Shown piece by piece: positions 48,868-57,540 of a stretch of DNA of 64,000 nt. The stretch comes from Candidatus Latescibacterota bacterium (GTDB lineage Bacteria; Latescibacterota; UBA2968; GCA-2709665). Numbering within the stretch: position 1 is the stretch's first letter; every line of letters starts with the position of its first letter. The translations under genes and the position numbers were made by a program. The stretch is taken from positions 2,432,001-2,496,000 of the forward strand of contig OZ241917.1 in NCBI GenBank assembly GCA_965203805.1. The letters are read 5' to 3'. A model generated the notes under the pieces. It was not told the origin of the DNA. It searched no databases and saw only the letters and a program-made list of their open reading frames with translations.

Positions 48868-49566
48868 GTGGCCATAATTACCGTCTCACGTCAGCTCGGG
48901 AGTATCGGAGATCTGGTCGCTCACCGGGCATCGGAAGTTCTCGGTTACGACTTCGTGGACAAGAACATCATCACCGAAGTCGCGAGAGAAGCCAATGTGC
49001 CCGAATCCGAAGTCGAAAAATTCGACGAGCGGACGCAGAGCGCGGTAAAGCGATTCATCCACAGCCTGATCGTGCCTTCCCGGTCCGTTCCGACACCGCC
49101 GGCGATGCTCTGGGGGCTGGAGTTTCCCTACGAAGTGTCGGCCGCGCTCCTGTCCAGTGACGCGACAACCAACGAGGAAAAACACCTACTGGACCAGCGG
49201 GACTATCTCAGGTTTCTTCAGGCCACGGTCCATCGTCTTCGCAAACGCGACAGGGTCATCATCGTGGGTCGAGGGGGCCAGGCCATCCTCAGGGATGATC
49301 CCAACACGCTGCATGTCCGCACCGTAGCCCCCCTTGAGAAACGCATCAGGGTCGTCGTGGAACGCCAGAACCTGCGAAGCGGCAAAGAGGCCAGAGAACT
49401 GATTCAGAAGAGCGACAGGCGTCGGTCCGCCTATCTCAAGGACAACTACCATATCAACTGGGACGATCCCGGCCTGTACCATGTCATTCTGAATACGGGA
49501 CGGGCCTCCCTCGAGTCCGCCGCCCGTACCATCCAGCATGCCGCAGGCGTACTCGGTCTTGCCTGA
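48868..49566 (+). CDS. Cytidylate kinase-like family protein
   Basis: IITVSRQLGS, VIIVGRGG and D..R..Y..WDDP.LYH.ILNT motifs; GTG start. Confidence 0.82.
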   Translation: MAIITVSRQLGSIGDLVAHRASEVLGYDFVDKNIITEVAREANVPESEVEKFDERTQSAVKRFIHSLIVPSRSVPTPPAMLWGLEFPYEVSAALLSSDATTNEEKHLLDQRDYLRFLQATVHRLRKRDRVIIVGRGGQAILRDDPNTLHVRTVAPLEKRIRVVVERQNLRSGKEARELIQKSDRRRSAYLKDNYHINWDDPGLYHVILNTGRASLESAARTIQHAAGVLGLA

Positions 49567-49678
49567 GTTCGCCTGCGGACGTTCCGTTCCGCCGGTTACC
49601 GCAAGCGCTTCCGCCAGAACCACACGCTCACCGCAGCCAATCCCAGTCCACCACACCAACGGCGCGAGGGTTCGGATC

Positions 49679-51787
49679 ATGCCACCTGAAATCAGCCGCT
49701 CAAGAATGCGTTCCATTGCGAACAAGGACCTCTTCGCGGCGATTCGCCTGAAAGGGGCGGGCCTGAAACACCTCCGCAAAGCGGTGAAGGCCGGAAAGTG
49801 GAACAAAGCGGCCGCCGCGTGGGGCGATTACTTTTCCGCGCGGCAGGAACCCCTCAATATGGTCGCGCCCACGGGCGATACCCCCGATCCGGGATCGATT
49901 CGGGAGGCTGAACGCGTCGTCGCTCACGAAATCCGGGGCTGGCACGACCTGACCTACAAGTTTGGGAAAAAGGTCGACTTCAATGCAAATTGGGGACGGT
50001 CGGGCATCTATGGCACCCATTACTGGGGGTGGTCCGAATGCCTTCGGGTCGCTTACGGGCAGACGGGCGACCCCCGCTACGTGGAATGTTTCGACGATCT
50101 GTTCAATCAGTGGTACGAGCAACGCAACGGCATAGACAACCCCGCCGGACACGACGTCATTTTCTACGAACTCGGCCTGGGCGGGCGCACGCCGCGGTTT
50201 ATCGATCACTACTTTGCGTATCGGTCCACCGGCATCCTGCGGCCGATCACCCACAGACGCCTGCTGAAGACCATTCTGGGGGCCGGGCGGTGGCTCTATC
50301 TGCTCGAAAAGGATGACGGCTATCGCAGCGGGAACTGGCAGATGTGCGGCTCGTGGGCGCTGGTTTACGCGGGGGGCCTCTTCCCCGAATTCAGGGAGGC
50401 GGAAAACTGGGTAAAGATCGGCGTGGAACGCCTGCTCGAACACGTCGACAGGGATTTTTATGCCGATGGCTGCCACCACGAACGCGCTTCCGGCTACGGG
50501 GCGTGGTGTACCCGCATCAGCGAGGATCTCCTGGCATTCTCGGAGCAGAATCCTGCCATCGAAATCGAGCCTGACCTGCGTAAAGCCATCATACGGATGT
50601 ACGACTGGTTCCTGGCCACCACGACCCCGCTGGGCGAATCCCAGGGATTCAACGACGGCGGGATCGGTCCTCAGGACGGCATCTTGCGGCGCGCCACCGA
50701 AGTTACCGGGGACGGCCGATACCTCTGGCCGGTGCGCGACAGGATCAAATCGGTCTCCGGAGTCCGTCCGAAGAAACCCGATTATACCTCCATAGACAAA
50801 CGCCCTTCCGGCTTTGCCGTCATGCGTTCGGACTGGGATACGGATGCCCGTTATCTTCTCATCAATTACGGCCCGTGGGGGGGCGGCCATACCCACAACG
50901 ACCTGCTCGACTTCACGATCTACGCCCATGGCGCGCCCGTGGCCGTAGAGACAACCCGGTGGGGACCCTACGACAACCCGCTCGATCAGTTTTTTCGTTC
51001 TCCCCAGGCCCACAACCAGGTCGTGGTCAACGACGCGCCGATGGATCGGGTCCATCACCGCGGAGAGGACGCCGCCTGGGCGACCGGAAAGCACATTGAC
51101 CATTTTTCCGCATCCCACCGCGCCTACGAACAGCAGTACGGCACCCGCGTACAGCGACGGATCACGTTTCTGAAACCGGACTGTTTCCTCGTTTCCGATG
51201 CCGTCTTCGAAGGTCCCCAGCATCACGCCTACACCTGGTACCTGCATGCCCCAAACCGGTGGAAGGGAACCCGGAGCCGTCTGCTCACCGCCGGCCGCCC
51301 GGGATTGCAGGCCGTACCCGCAAAACCTTCGGAGATCCATTACGTCCGCCGCGGGACTTCCTACGAAGCAAAGGACGGTACACCAGGCAACTATCCAAAC
51401 CGGTACTGGGTCGGTCTGCAGAAATGGGTCAGGGGGGAGGGTGCGAACGCCGTTGTGTACGACGTTGCCCTGGTTCCATTCAAGACCGGGCCGGAACAGG
51501 TCAGAGTGACCCGGCGCACGGCCGGAATCGACGGAAAACCCTGCCGCCCTGAAATCGCCCGCGGCGTCCGGGTCCGGCGCGGCGACAGCACCGATCTTGT
51601 CGTTTACGGCGTGGACGGCAAGACCACGGAATGCGACGGTCTAACCTTCACCGGTACGCTCTGTGTTCTCACCTTTCACGATGAGCGACCCGTCCGCGCC
51701 TCGGTACTCGACGGCGGCGACGTCGCCTACAACGGAACGCCTCTGATTCGCACGAACCGGGCCGGACTCACGGAGCGCAACCTGTAG
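49679..51787 (+). CDS. Heparinase II/III-like polysaccharide lyase
   Basis: SGNWQ, DGCHHERASGY, SGFAVMRSDW, GHTHNDLL and AHNQVVVN motifs; no clear signal peptide. Confidence 0.85.
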   Translation: MPPEISRSRMRSIANKDLFAAIRLKGAGLKHLRKAVKAGKWNKAAAAWGDYFSARQEPLNMVAPTGDTPDPGSIREAERVVAHEIRGWHDLTYKFGKKVDFNANWGRSGIYGTHYWGWSECLRVAYGQTGDPRYVECFDDLFNQWYEQRNGIDNPAGHDVIFYELGLGGRTPRFIDHYFAYRSTGILRPITHRRLLKTILGAGRWLYLLEKDDGYRSGNWQMCGSWALVYAGGLFPEFREAENWVKIGVERLLEHVDRDFYADGCHHERASGYGAWCTRISEDLLAFSEQNPAIEIEPDLRKAIIRMYDWFLATTTPLGESQGFNDGGIGPQDGILRRATEVTGDGRYLWPVRDRIKSVSGVRPKKPDYTSIDKRPSGFAVMRSDWDTDARYLLINYGPWGGGHTHNDLLDFTIYAHGAPVAVETTRWGPYDNPLDQFFRSPQAHNQVVVNDAPMDRVHHRGEDAAWATGKHIDHFSASHRAYEQQYGTRVQRRITFLKPDCFLVSDAVFEGPQHHAYTWYLHAPNRWKGTRSRLLTAGRPGLQAVPAKPSEIHYVRRGTSYEAKDGTPGNYPNRYWVGLQKWVRGEGANAVVYDVALVPFKTGPEQVRVTRRTAGIDGKPCRPEIARGVRVRRGDSTDLVVYGVDGKTTECDGLTFTGTLCVLTFHDERPVRASVLDGGDVAYNGTPLIRTNRAGLTERNL

Positions 51788-51861
51788 CCGGCATCCGGAA
51801 CCGCAATGCGAACCGGAGACGGCCGAATTCGGGCGACTTACCTCCGGGACGGAACACTCCC

Positions 51862-52872
51862 ATGGTCAGACTGGTCCAGCTGATCCACCCCGAAGCGGGG
51901 CGGCGCATTGCAACGGTCGACGGCGACCGTTGCCGGCTGATTGACGGATACACGTCGGTTCACGGCATCGCGAGCTTCGTGCTGCAGTCCGGTAACGCCC
52001 TGTCCGCGGAAGTCGAAGCGCAGCTTGGAACCGAGTTCCAGGACTACGACGCCATCTACCGCGGCCGGTCCGAATGGAAGCTTTTGCCCGCATACGATCA
52101 CCCCGGCGAGCCGTCCCGCTGTCTCGTGGCCGGCACCGGGCTGACCCACCGGGCCAGCGTTGACAACCGGCAGGCGATGCACAAACAGGACGGCGCCGGT
52201 GAGACGCAGATCACAGACAGCATGCGAATGTACCAATGGGGTCTGCGAGGAGGCAGGCCGGAGCCCGGTAACGTCGGCGTACCGCCGGAGTGGTTCTACA
52301 AAGGCAACGGCGCCATCCTTCGCGCGCACGGGGATCCGCTGGACGTTCCGGCGTTCGCGGGCGACGGCGGCGAAGAACCCGAAATCGCCGGGGCATACAT
52401 TATCGATCCTGAAGGCAATCCCAGGCGAATCGGCATGGCCGCCGGCAACGAGTTCTCCGACCACGTAACGGAAAAGAAAAACTACCTCTATCTGGCGCCC
52501 TCGAAACTCCGCACCTGCTCATTCGGGCCGGAACTCATCCTCGACCCCGATTTTGAGGACGTGGCCGGAAGCGTCGCGGTCGAACGAAACGGGCGCACCA
52601 TCTGGTCCGGAACCATCGCCACCGGCGAAGCGAACATGGCGCACAGTCTGGCCAACCTGGAACACCACCATTTCAAGTACCCGCAGCACCGCCGTCCCGA
52701 CGACGCGCACATCTTCTTCTTCGGCGCGGATGCGTTCAGTTTCGGCGCCGGCGTCACCCTGGCGGACGGAGACACCATGAGCGTCTCCTGGAACGGTTTC
52801 GGCAGACCCCTGAAGAATCCGCTCCGGATCGATGAAGATGAGGAAGCCCTGATCCGGATCGATCCACTGTAA
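51862..52872 (+). CDS. AraD1/GguC-like protein (fumarylacetoacetate hydrolase superfamily)
   Basis: GTGLTH, TDSMRMY..G, PEWFYKG, DGGEEPE, GNEFSDH and NLEHHHFKY motifs. Confidence 0.85.
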   Translation: MVRLVQLIHPEAGRRIATVDGDRCRLIDGYTSVHGIASFVLQSGNALSAEVEAQLGTEFQDYDAIYRGRSEWKLLPAYDHPGEPSRCLVAGTGLTHRASVDNRQAMHKQDGAGETQITDSMRMYQWGLRGGRPEPGNVGVPPEWFYKGNGAILRAHGDPLDVPAFAGDGGEEPEIAGAYIIDPEGNPRRIGMAAGNEFSDHVTEKKNYLYLAPSKLRTCSFGPELILDPDFEDVAGSVAVERNGRTIWSGTIATGEANMAHSLANLEHHHFKYPQHRRPDDAHIFFFGADAFSFGAGVTLADGDTMSVSWNGFGRPLKNPLRIDEDEEALIRIDPL

Positions 52873-52959
52873 CCGCGGAAGGCGCTGCGTCGCATCTCCG
52901 AGGCGCCGGGCTCGCGGGCACAACTGCGATACCTCTCCCTCATTGAAGGACATTGCCAG

Positions 52960-53805
52960 ATGATTATCGACGTGCACGCCCATGTCTTCAGGTACCCACA
53001 ACACTTTACCGACCAGTTTCAACGCCAGGCCATGCGCGCCCGCGGCGACTCGGAGATCGACCTCTCGGCCGGCTATGAAGCCTACCTCGCCCAGGCGCGC
53101 GAACCGGTTCGAACGGTGGTCTTCGGAGGTAAGGCGAGGCTGAGCGGAATATGGGTAGAGGACCGCTACGTTGCCGCGCGCGTGGCGGAAAACCGGGATT
53201 CGCTCATCGGCTTCCTGTCCGTCGACCCCACCCAGGACGCCTGGCAGGAGGAGTTGAGGGAGGGTCACCAGGGCCTCGGCCTCAAGGGGATCAAGTTACT
53301 CTCGATGTACGCCGGCTTCAGACCGGACGACCCGTCGCTCGATCCGCTCTGGCGCTACGCCGCGGAACACGGCCTTCCCGTACTTCTCCATACCGGAACC
53401 ACCTTCGTCGCCCAGGCGCCCCTGGACTGTACGCTTCCCCGCCACCTGGATCCGGTCGCTATTCGTTTTCCCGACGTCAAGATCATCCTGGCGCATCTGG
53501 GGCATCCCTACGAAGGCGAATGCGTTGCCGTGATCCGAAAACACCCCAACGTCTACGCCGACGTCTCCGCGCTGCACTATCGTCCATTCCAGCTCTACCA
53601 CAGCCTCATGCTCGTTCAGGAGTACGGCGTCTGGGACAAACTCCTCTTCGGTACGGACTATCCGTTTACCACCGTCGACGCCTCGCTGGACGGCCTCCGC
53701 AACCTGAACGATATGCTCAAGGGTACCGCGCTGCCCCGTCTGGACGCGGAAGAAATCGAATCAATGATCTATCGGGACAGTCTCTCCATCCTGAACCTGG
53801 ATTAG
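52960..53805 (+). CDS. Amidohydrolase family protein (Amidohydro_2)
   Basis: IIDVHAH, LPVLLHTG, LAHLGHP, NVYADVS and LLFGTDYP motifs. Confidence 0.9.
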   Translation: MIIDVHAHVFRYPQHFTDQFQRQAMRARGDSEIDLSAGYEAYLAQAREPVRTVVFGGKARLSGIWVEDRYVAARVAENRDSLIGFLSVDPTQDAWQEELREGHQGLGLKGIKLLSMYAGFRPDDPSLDPLWRYAAEHGLPVLLHTGTTFVAQAPLDCTLPRHLDPVAIRFPDVKIILAHLGHPYEGECVAVIRKHPNVYADVSALHYRPFQLYHSLMLVQEYGVWDKLLFGTDYPFTTVDASLDGLRNLNDMLKGTALPRLDAEEIESMIYRDSLSILNLD

Positions 53806-53809
53806 CCCG

Positions 53810-54700
53810 ATGCGCATCGATGCACATATGCACGTCAACTACCAGGGGATGGACGCCGGCAGCCTCGTCGCCGAGATGGATGCCTGCGGTATCGACCTCG
53901 CGTGGCTGCTCACATGGTACCTTCCGCCGGGACAGGAGGCGCCGCGATCCGGCGCCGGATTCAGCCCGCTCAACTTCAGGCCGGACGGCACGCACGCCGG
54001 GGCAACACTCGATCATATCCTTGCCGCACGGGACAGGTATCCGGGCCGGTTCGTCGCCGGGTACTGTCCCTGCCCTTACGAGGGCTCCGCCGCCGATCTC
54101 TTCGAATCGGCATGGCGGATGCACGGTGTGAGGGTCTGCGGGGAGTGGAGCTATCGTCTGCTGCTCGACGACCCTCGCAGCATCCAGCTGTTCCGCCGCG
54201 CCGGCGAGCTCGGCGCCCCGGTCGTACTCCACGTGGACGTGCCCTACCTTCCCGGGGAAAAAAGTCGTCCAACCTATCAGAACTGCTGGTACGGAGGCGA
54301 CATACGAAATCTCGAACGCGCGTTGCAGGCCTGCCCCGACACGGTCTTTATCGGCCACGCGCCCGGCTTCTGGCGATACATCAGCGGGGACGCCGCGACT
54401 GCCGTGGAAGCATATCCGCCCGGTCCGGTCACCCCCGGCGGCGAACTGCATACCCTCTTCGACGATTATCCCAACCTCTACGCGGACCTTTCATCCGGGT
54501 CCGGCCTCAACGCCCTCAGCCGCGACCCCGGGCACGCCCGGGACTTCCTCATCCATCGGGCCGACCGGCTGCTTTACGGCCGGGACGGCAAAGGAAACGA
54601 TCTGCAGGAATTCCTGCCCTTGGTCGACCTTCCCCAGGACGTGCTGGACAAGATCTACTACAAGAACGCCGCAAGACTTGTGCCTGCCGCGACCGGATAA
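53810..54700 (+). CDS. Amidohydrolase family protein
   Basis: IDAHMH, PVVLH, FIGHAPGFW, NLYADLS, LLYGRD and KIYYKNA motifs. Confidence 0.88.
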   Translation: MRIDAHMHVNYQGMDAGSLVAEMDACGIDLAWLLTWYLPPGQEAPRSGAGFSPLNFRPDGTHAGATLDHILAARDRYPGRFVAGYCPCPYEGSAADLFESAWRMHGVRVCGEWSYRLLLDDPRSIQLFRRAGELGAPVVLHVDVPYLPGEKSRPTYQNCWYGGDIRNLERALQACPDTVFIGHAPGFWRYISGDAATAVEAYPPGPVTPGGELHTLFDDYPNLYADLSSGSGLNALSRDPGHARDFLIHRADRLLYGRDGKGNDLQEFLPLVDLPQDVLDKIYYKNAARLVPAATG

Positions 54701-54791
54701 AAAAACAGCCGCCCTGTCACGCGAGCGGCGCGGGTGCTGCGTTCCTTTCGTTTTGATCGTGGCGCATGAACGCCAGGTTGACTGATTTCCG

Positions 54792-55736
54792 TCAGTCAGC
54801 GTCCGGCTGCGCCCCTCCCGTCCATGCCGCGCGGCCCCTGGTGTCCAGGTCCAGGGTCGTCCCCCGATCCGGCAGCGGAACGCGGGTACGATAGGATTCG
54901 GCGATCTCGGCGGCCGTTGCCGGAACCATTGCGCATCCCAGTTGTTCGCAGATCTCACGCGCAGCCGCAACGACTCCCAACATGGTCTCCCTTCGAAAGT
55001 CCGCGGCGTCTCCGTAGTCGAAGATGTTGTGCGTCAACGCCTTCAGGACCTTCACGGGAATGTCGCTTCCGTTCTCGATCTGTCGCTTCACGTTCTTGTG
55101 AATGGTATACCAGTGGTTCTTGGCGTCCACCAGTTCGATGCGCAGATCCTGCGGATGCGCACCGCCCCACATCCGCGAGTCGACGTCCACCGTGGGCGGT
55201 ATGTCCACGAAGTCCACGTCTCCCGCGAGGGACCGATTGTACCGGTGCGGGTAGTGGATATCCAGCGGCGAACCGCCCCATACGCAGGCGCATTGCGGGA
55301 GGTTCCGCGTTGGCATGGAGACGGTGCCGTGCGTGAACCCCAAGGCTTCCAGCGCGGGAAACGTATGGTCGTTGGCCGAGAAATATCCGGGTGTGAATAC
55401 GGTTGGCGGGCGCCCCATGGCATCGGCGAACACATCCATGCCTTCCTTCAGAATTGCCGTCTGTTCATCGAATCCGTATACGCCGAAGAATTCTTCGTGC
55501 CCCTGTTCCGCCGGATGAATGTGCAGGCCCACTTCGTGCCCCGCCGACTCCAGCTCGCGGTACACCGGCGCGTGTACCTGCATGTCGGATGGGATGACGA
55601 CAAACGTCCCCTTCGTTCCGGTCTGAGCGAAGATTTCGCCCAACCCCCGAATCGAGCGTTCGCCCAGCGCGGGATCGTCGATACTGCGTTGCGTGGATTC
55701 GCAATCGATCTGTACGTTGAAGAAAATCTCTGTCAC
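54792..55736 (-). CDS. Polysaccharide deacetylase-like (NodB/CE4-like fold) protein
   Basis: VQIDCE, KGTFVV, GHEVGLHIHP and FTPGYF motifs. Confidence 0.75.
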   Translation of the reverse strand: MTEIFFNVQIDCESTQRSIDDPALGERSIRGLGEIFAQTGTKGTFVVIPSDMQVHAPVYRELESAGHEVGLHIHPAEQGHEEFFGVYGFDEQTAILKEGMDVFADAMGRPPTVFTPGYFSANDHTFPALEALGFTHGTVSMPTRNLPQCACVWGGSPLDIHYPHRYNRSLAGDVDFVDIPPTVDVDSRMWGGAHPQDLRIELVDAKNHWYTIHKNVKRQIENGSDIPVKVLKALTHNIFDYGDAADFRRETMLGVVAAAREICEQLGCAMVPATAAEIAESYRTRVPLPDRGTTLDLDTRGRAAWTGGAQPDAD

Positions 55737-55776
55737 AGGCCTCCACCTTCTCGTTTATTCTTCGTATAACCGGAAA

Positions 55777-57531
55777 TCAGCCGATCTCCGTCCGGCCTTC
55801 AAACCTGTCAACCGACAGAAACTCACGCTCCACCGAATCTTCCCGATCGCGAAATACGGAAAGTCGCAGCGGAGCGGACGTCTTGCCTTCCAGTGAGCCG
55901 CGCAATGTGTCGCCATCCACCGAAACCTCCGCCAGCCACACGCCGTCCTTTCCCTGCAAATAGCGGCCGATCTCGTCGTGGCTCGCGTAGATTTTTTCGA
56001 ACCCGTCCGTCAGTTCGCGGGTTCGATAGAGGATCCGGTCCCAATCATCCATGCTCACGGCGTCGAACTTCTGTTCGTGGGTCACGATTTCCGCGTAGAA
56101 TCCGGCGCGCAGCCCATGGCGGACCTGCAGGGCCGCGTTGGCGGCCGCCTTTTCGACGTCCGTTCTTTCGCTCTCGCGCAGATAGGGCGTGCAACCGGTG
56201 AGGAAATCCTCCTGATGGCGGGCCAGCATGGCCGCGAACGCGTAGAAATCGTGGTCGTCGGGCAGATAGTCGTAGTAACACGTCTGCAACCCGTACGGCC
56301 AGAAACCGTCCTCCATGCACATGTCGGCCTTGTGCAGCCCCGTCTGTAGTGCCGGGCAGAAAAACCGGTGGCCGCGTTCCTTCAGGAATGGCAGCGCCCC
56401 GACCCCGTATTCCCCCCAGTGGAATCGCAGCGTCTCGCCGGGATTTGCCCCCACCCGCTTCCAGAATGCGTCCGCGAACGCGAAGTTGGAAGTCAGTTCT
56501 TCGTGCGAACACTCGCCCTTTCCGAAATTGTAGATCAGCAGCCGATAGTAGTCCAGCGCGTGGCTGTTGTAGTGAATCTCCCCGCTCTGAATACCCGCCC
56601 TGATTTTGGGAAACAGCCGCTCCGGTACGTTCGCGATAAAAAGGGAGGGCATTGGCTTGTACCCATAGCGACTCGCGATGTCGGCGAACGCGAAATCGTG
56701 GCGTCCCTCGCAGTCGTCCCACGACATCGTTACGAACGGCGGAATCATGTTCGCGGCGAACGGCTTGCGCGCCGTCCACACGATCGAACGCCAGAACAGA
56801 TCGTCCAATCCGCGGGCGTGCCCGAAGAACGCGTTCCGCCACACCCTGGGATTCAGCGTGAACTGCACGGCGCGGCCCGCTCCCCATTCCGTCGCGAACG
56901 CCAGGGGATAGTTGCGCGGCTCAAACGCGCTCCACGGCGCCAGATGCCGGATGTAGATCAGCTGCTCCTTGCCCAGAATCCCGTCTGCCAGCGGCACCAC
57001 CGAGTCGCCCCATTTTTCGACCGCGATCGCCGTCACCATCCGGTCGAAGCTGTGGAATTCCCCGGGCGATTGCAGTTCGGTGATATAGTGCGCCTGCTCC
57101 CTTACACGTAATGTGTCCGTGGCGTAAGGATGCGGGTTGATCCGATCGAACCCGAACATCTCCGGAATCGGACCGCCGTATGACCTCAAATCGCAGTCGA
57201 AGTTGACCAGCCCGGCGCCGGCGCGGACCGCGTCCGAAATCAGACCTGCCTCCACGGCGCTGAGACTCGCGCCCAGCCTGTTTTGCGCGAGTACGATACC
57301 GGCGCAGTCGCTCAATGCTTCAGGCGTCGGCCGCTCCTTTGCCAGGTCCAGCAACCGCCAGGGCATCCCGAAATGCGCCAGCGCGACGAGAACCGTCTCG
57401 TCCACAATCATCCGCTCCCAGTACGGCCCCTCGCTGTCGATCACCACCACCAACGCGCCGTTACCGGACGTGGTATGGCGCTCTCGCCGCACCCGCCCGC
57501 TTCCTGAAGCCATGGGTTTCTCCATGTCCAC
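55777..57531 (-). CDS. Hypothetical protein; possible GATase-like domain plus deacetylase-like barrel (start uncertain)
   Basis: Long ORF with host-like codon use; FGMPWRLLDL, GAGRAVQF, VTMSWDD and NSHA segments. Confidence 0.6.
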   Translation of the reverse strand: MDMEKPMASGSGRVRRERHTTSGNGALVVVIDSEGPYWERMIVDETVLVALAHFGMPWRLLDLAKERPTPEALSDCAGIVLAQNRLGASLSAVEAGLISDAVRAGAGLVNFDCDLRSYGGPIPEMFGFDRINPHPYATDTLRVREQAHYITELQSPGEFHSFDRMVTAIAVEKWGDSVVPLADGILGKEQLIYIRHLAPWSAFEPRNYPLAFATEWGAGRAVQFTLNPRVWRNAFFGHARGLDDLFWRSIVWTARKPFAANMIPPFVTMSWDDCEGRHDFAFADIASRYGYKPMPSLFIANVPERLFPKIRAGIQSGEIHYNSHALDYYRLLIYNFGKGECSHEELTSNFAFADAFWKRVGANPGETLRFHWGEYGVGALPFLKERGHRFFCPALQTGLHKADMCMEDGFWPYGLQTCYYDYLPDDHDFYAFAAMLARHQEDFLTGCTPYLRESERTDVEKAAANAALQVRHGLRAGFYAEIVTHEQKFDAVSMDDWDRILYRTRELTDGFEKIYASHDEIGRYLQGKDGVWLAEVSVDGDTLRGSLEGKTSAPLRLSVFRDREDSVEREFLSVDRFEGRTEIG

Positions 57532-57540
57532 GTCCGGTCG

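Noticed and set aside
48868-49566. Calling this gene cmk
   Set aside because: It lacks the canonical IDGPxxxGKST P-loop and fits the cytidylate kinase-like family instead.
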